Positions 17,255 through 20,000 of a DNA stretch of 20,000 bases are shown here, piece after piece (the first letter of the stretch is position 1; every line of letters begins with the position of its first letter). The stretch is from the sequence record SRR20825006_492. One strand, given 5' to 3'. A model generated the notes under the pieces. That model did not search any database and was not told where the DNA came from. It worked only from the letters and a program-made list of their open reading frames with translations. A program made the translations under genes and the position numbers.

Positions 17255-17306
17255 GGCTTTACCAAATGGTTTTAGATTGCTAAAATTTTTGAATCTGGAA
17301 GAAGTC

Positions 17307-17331
17307 CCCACTATCTCCCACTTCACCCCAC
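17307..17331 (-). promoter_or_regulatory. MraZ operator: three GTGGG direct repeats with a 10-bp period
   Basis: The minus strand reads GTGGG-GTGAA-GTGGG-AGATA-GTGGG (17331-17327, 17321-17317, 17311-17307). This matches the known MraZ (G)TGG(G) repeats with ~10-bp spacing and overlaps the predicted transcription start. Confidence 0.88.
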
Positions 17332-17361
17332 AATGTACCCTAAACTATTGTAATGTGTCAA
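17332..17361 (-). promoter_or_regulatory. Sigma70-type promoter of the dcw operon
   Basis: -35 TTGACA (17361-17356), 18-nt spacer, -10 TACATT (17337-17332), immediately followed by the MraZ boxes. Confidence 0.78.
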
Positions 17362-17511
17362 GGATTTTGTTGTTCTACTTATTAAATATTTTTAAAGTCC
17401 TAAATGGGGTTTTATAGCGAGTAGAAAAAGCATAGCAAAAACACGTTTAAAGCATCAAATTATGAGGAGAATGAAGTTCTAAACCTGTCGCTTATATATA
17501 AGGTGTAAAAT

Positions 17512-17526
17512 GTGGGGGAGAGTGGG
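17512..17526 (+). promoter_or_regulatory. Possible auxiliary MraZ site in opposite orientation
   Basis: GTGGG-GGAGA-GTGGG (17512-17516, 17522-17526) has the same 10-bp period, in otherwise AT-rich intergenic DNA. Confidence 0.55.
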
Positions 17527-17565
17527 GAGGTTTTATTGGATATTTGGAATCAGGAGAGTTCTTCT

Positions 17566-18360
17566 TCACAAATCAAAAAAATCCAACACCGTTTTTATAT
17601 AGGTATCTCGATCTTTCAGAATGGCCAGTGCATGTCTACTTCCGTGAAAGATCTTAATTTCGGCTTTTGTGTTCGCCGCTTCTTTCATTCGTTCTGCCAT
17701 TGACACTGGCGTGTAAATATCGGTATCTGAAGTAATAAGCAAAATATGGTCACAATTCTTAGTGTGTCTAAGGTGTTCCTCGAAATTAGCGTAACGCTTA
17801 TAAAATGGACCAATGACATAAAAGAACTTGAGCATTCTGTATGCGAAGGGGAAGTGAATCCAAAATTCTGGAAGGTTTACAGGTGAACTTTCTAGGATGA
17901 TTTTTTTAAAAGAATTATCGGGCTCTGTGATAGATACGGTTCCCCAGTTAGAACCAAACGAAACCCCATGATAGTACAAATCTGTATTTGGGAAAGTTTG
18001 CATGGTAAAATCTCTTACTACCAGCACATCGTTATGAAACATCCAATTGCCCATGCTGCTTTCGCCAAATCCGTTAAAGTCGAATAAGACCACATTGTAA
18101 CCATTGGCAACTAATTCATCAGCATAGCCCGTTTTTAGAAATTCGCCTTTGGCTGGTTTCCCCATAGAATGAGCCAGAACAATTGTAGCTTTTACGTCTT
18201 TTTGGGAGGTAGACTTATACCAAACTCTGAGTTGGGCTTTAGTTTTACTTTTTATCCAGGTCTTAAACCAAGTCGCGGTTTCTTTATCAGAAAGTGGATT
18301 TTTCCATTTCACCATGAACTGCCCAAAGAATGGCTTTTTTAAAATCTTGTACAATCCCAT
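17566..18360 (-). CDS. Alpha/beta fold hydrolase (serine aminopeptidase S33 / Hydrolase_4-like)
   Basis: FDFNGFGES, nucleophile elbow GVSFG (GxSxG), Asp in DTDIYTP, His in GSRHA. The start is probably ATG 18360 (MGLYKIL); the TTG at 18408 is possible. Confidence 0.82.
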   Translation of the reverse strand: MGLYKILKKPFFGQFMVKWKNPLSDKETATWFKTWIKSKTKAQLRVWYKSTSQKDVKATIVLAHSMGKPAKGEFLKTGYADELVANGYNVVLFDFNGFGESSMGNWMFHNDVLVVRDFTMQTFPNTDLYYHGVSFGSNWGTVSITEPDNSFKKIILESSPVNLPEFWIHFPFAYRMLKFFYVIGPFYKRYANFEEHLRHTKNCDHILLITSDTDIYTPVSMAERMKEAANTKAEIKIFHGSRHALAILKDRDTYIKTVLDFFDL

Positions 18361-18453
18361 GAAAATAAAGTGGTATAAATTCCAATTTCTATCTGTTTTG
18401 AAGGGCAAAGATAGGAATTACAAGAATAGGAAATGGCTAGGAGGGGTGGTGGG

Positions 18454-18488
18454 AGTTGAGAATTAAGAATTCAAAATTAAGAATTGGG
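18454..18488. repeat. Short degenerate heptamer tandem repeat
   Basis: AGTTGAG-AATTAAG-AATTCAA-AATTAAG-AATTGGG; AATTAAGAATT occurs twice (18461-18471, 18475-18485). Confidence 0.55.
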
Positions 18489-18818
18489 CTTTATCCTCGT
18501 TCAGTAGCTCTGCTCCAAATACAATCATCTTATTTATATCTGTGCTTTAGGTTTGGCTTCCTTGCTAGTTAAAGGGTTTTGAAGGTTCTTCGGCAGTAGC
18601 CTCTGAATGACGGCGTACTCACAACGCATCAGTTTCTAAATTCGCCAACAAAACATCTTCTTTTTGTTGTTTTACAGCTATATGTGTATAGTAACATCAG
18701 TTGATAAATCAAATGGTTATGAGCCTAGCCTATCGATTCGGTAGAAGATTAATTCTCAGTAATTTCTTGAGAAAGCTTTTAAATACTCTATTACCAAAAA
18801 AATTATAGAAGAGATTCA

Positions 18819-19970
18819 ATGAGACTAATAACAAGCACACTGATGTTGGTTCTTTTTTGGAGCTGTGGATATAATGAGAAGTCTGAAATACAACATCCTA
18901 CTCCCGAAAATTTACCTTCCGTAAATGAAGAGAATACCATTGTTTTAGATATTGAAAAGCAATCGGACAAGAGTATAAACCAAATTAAAGGGATACAGAA
19001 ACTTGAAAATATTCAGCTAGTATCCCAAATTGGTCAACTATACGGTGCCCCGAATGAAATTTTTGGACTTATAGAAGATATCAAAATTGACTCATTTAAT
19101 AGAATCTATATTCTAGATAAAACTCAGCAGCATATTAAAGTGTATAAGCCAAATGGAGATTTTATAACTACACTTGGTAATAAAGGGCAAGGTCCTAGGG
19201 AATTTGAAAAAGCCAATTCTATGGATACCTATAAAGATAGTTTACTGTATGTAAGCAATGGGTATCGTATCGAGGTTTTTAATATTTCTAAGAATGAGAT
19301 AGAGTTTGTAGAGACCAAAAGTATTAAACAAAGCGTGCGTAGCTTATGTGGAGTAGATAAAAAATTATTTATACATCCAATTCGATTGACAGAGCCAGAT
19401 GAGATAATTAATGAAAAGGACTATAAGAGTATGATTTACGCATACTCGATAGATACATTTCAAGAATCATTCTTGTTTGGTAAGTCTTACATTTCATCAA
19501 ATCCATTCCTGTTAGACAGGCTATCAACCGGTTCACTTAGTTGTAATAAGGCTACCTCTACGGTTATGTTCAGTTTTGAAAAATTCCAAGTTCTCCATGG
19601 GTATTCCGTTGAGGATGGAGACTTAGAATGGCAAACTCGTATTGATGGGTTAAGGTTAGTTGGTTTGCTTCAAGGGAGTAAAAACGGAAAAGTGGTATTG
19701 AAATATAGCCAACCAGACGACATTTTTGATATGAAACTAAAACCAATTAGTTATGATGACCGATACAATATTGTTCAAATTGATAGAAGGACTCTAGATG
19801 AGGTTGGTTATCATATTGGTAGCAAAATTATAACCTTAGTTGTGGATTCAAAAAGTGGGGAATCATTTAAATTAGATATAGACTTACCAAGAATATTACA
19901 TATTAAAAATAACCTAATGGTTACAGTTGATGAAGACCGTGTAATAAGTAAAGTATATAGCTTGAATTGA
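18819..19970 (+). CDS. Lipoprotein with a 6-bladed beta-propeller (NHL/TolB-like) domain
   Basis: Signal peptide with lipobox (LVLFWS-C16). The segment IDSFNRIYILD...IKVYKPNGDFITTLGNKGQGPREF is typical of NHL-like 6-bladed propeller proteins. Confidence 0.78.
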   Translation: MRLITSTLMLVLFWSCGYNEKSEIQHPTPENLPSVNEENTIVLDIEKQSDKSINQIKGIQKLENIQLVSQIGQLYGAPNEIFGLIEDIKIDSFNRIYILDKTQQHIKVYKPNGDFITTLGNKGQGPREFEKANSMDTYKDSLLYVSNGYRIEVFNISKNEIEFVETKSIKQSVRSLCGVDKKLFIHPIRLTEPDEIINEKDYKSMIYAYSIDTFQESFLFGKSYISSNPFLLDRLSTGSLSCNKATSTVMFSFEKFQVLHGYSVEDGDLEWQTRIDGLRLVGLLQGSKNGKVVLKYSQPDDIFDMKLKPISYDDRYNIVQIDRRTLDEVGYHIGSKIITLVVDSKSGESFKLDIDLPRILHIKNNLMVTVDEDRVISKVYSLN

Positions 19971-20000
19971 TGACAGTTTTAATAAATTAAACAACGCTCA

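Noticed and set aside
17289-17299. Second, gapped complementarity between the mraZ leader (UCCAG-AUUCAA) and the ftsZ trailer (2015-2028)
   Set aside because: It needs a 3-nt bulge and is not nested with the 11-bp helix. Too weak to claim separately, but worth including in interaction modelling.
17255-17326. 24-aa N-terminal extension of MraZ given in the ORF track
   Set aside because: The GTG at 17326 lies in the operator boxes at about the predicted start site. MraZ homology begins at (M)PSFKGQY, 17254.
17145-17703. Plus-strand ORFs 17145-17417 and 17512-17703
   Set aside because: They are antisense to mraZ and the hydrolase. The second starts inside the GTGGG repeat. Neither has coding features.
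18441-18454. G-rich GAGGGGTGGTGGGA upstream of the hydrolase as a third MraZ site
   Set aside because: It has only one GTGGG and no 10-bp periodic repeat.
1-20000. CRISPR array, tRNA/rRNA, integrase, transposase or defence genes
   Set aside because: None seen by eye. The coding space is accounted for and the intergenic regions lack repeat-spacer or cloverleaf patterns.

Overview
This window is mostly a complete minus-strand division/cell-wall (dcw) operon: mraZ-rsmH-ftsL(like)-ftsI-murE-mraY-murD-ftsW-murG-murC-ftsQ-ftsA-ftsZ, with no murF, murB or ddl. On the left is a 5'-truncated, convergent multi-LamG protein with a T9SS C-terminal sorting domain. On the right are an alpha/beta hydrolase and a divergent beta-propeller lipoprotein. 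The T9SS domain style, gene order, E. coli-like -35/-10 promoter and Shine-Dalgarno use suggest a non-Bacteroidia FCB-group organism, probably Balneolaceae/Rhodothermaeota-like (inference). The most interesting signal is non-coding. The ~170 nt structured 3' trailer of ftsZ has exact complements to three leaders of its own operon: 13 nt plus 9 nt (nested) to the ftsZ leader, 11 nt to the mraZ leader and 9 nt to the ftsA leader. In each leader a paired segment ends 18-22 nt before the start codon. This is a candidate 3'-UTR-derived sRNA or long-range 5'/3' pairing system controlling cell-division gene expression. Also seen: MraZ boxes in two oppositely oriented arrays, and a duplicated C-terminal peptide in FtsZ.
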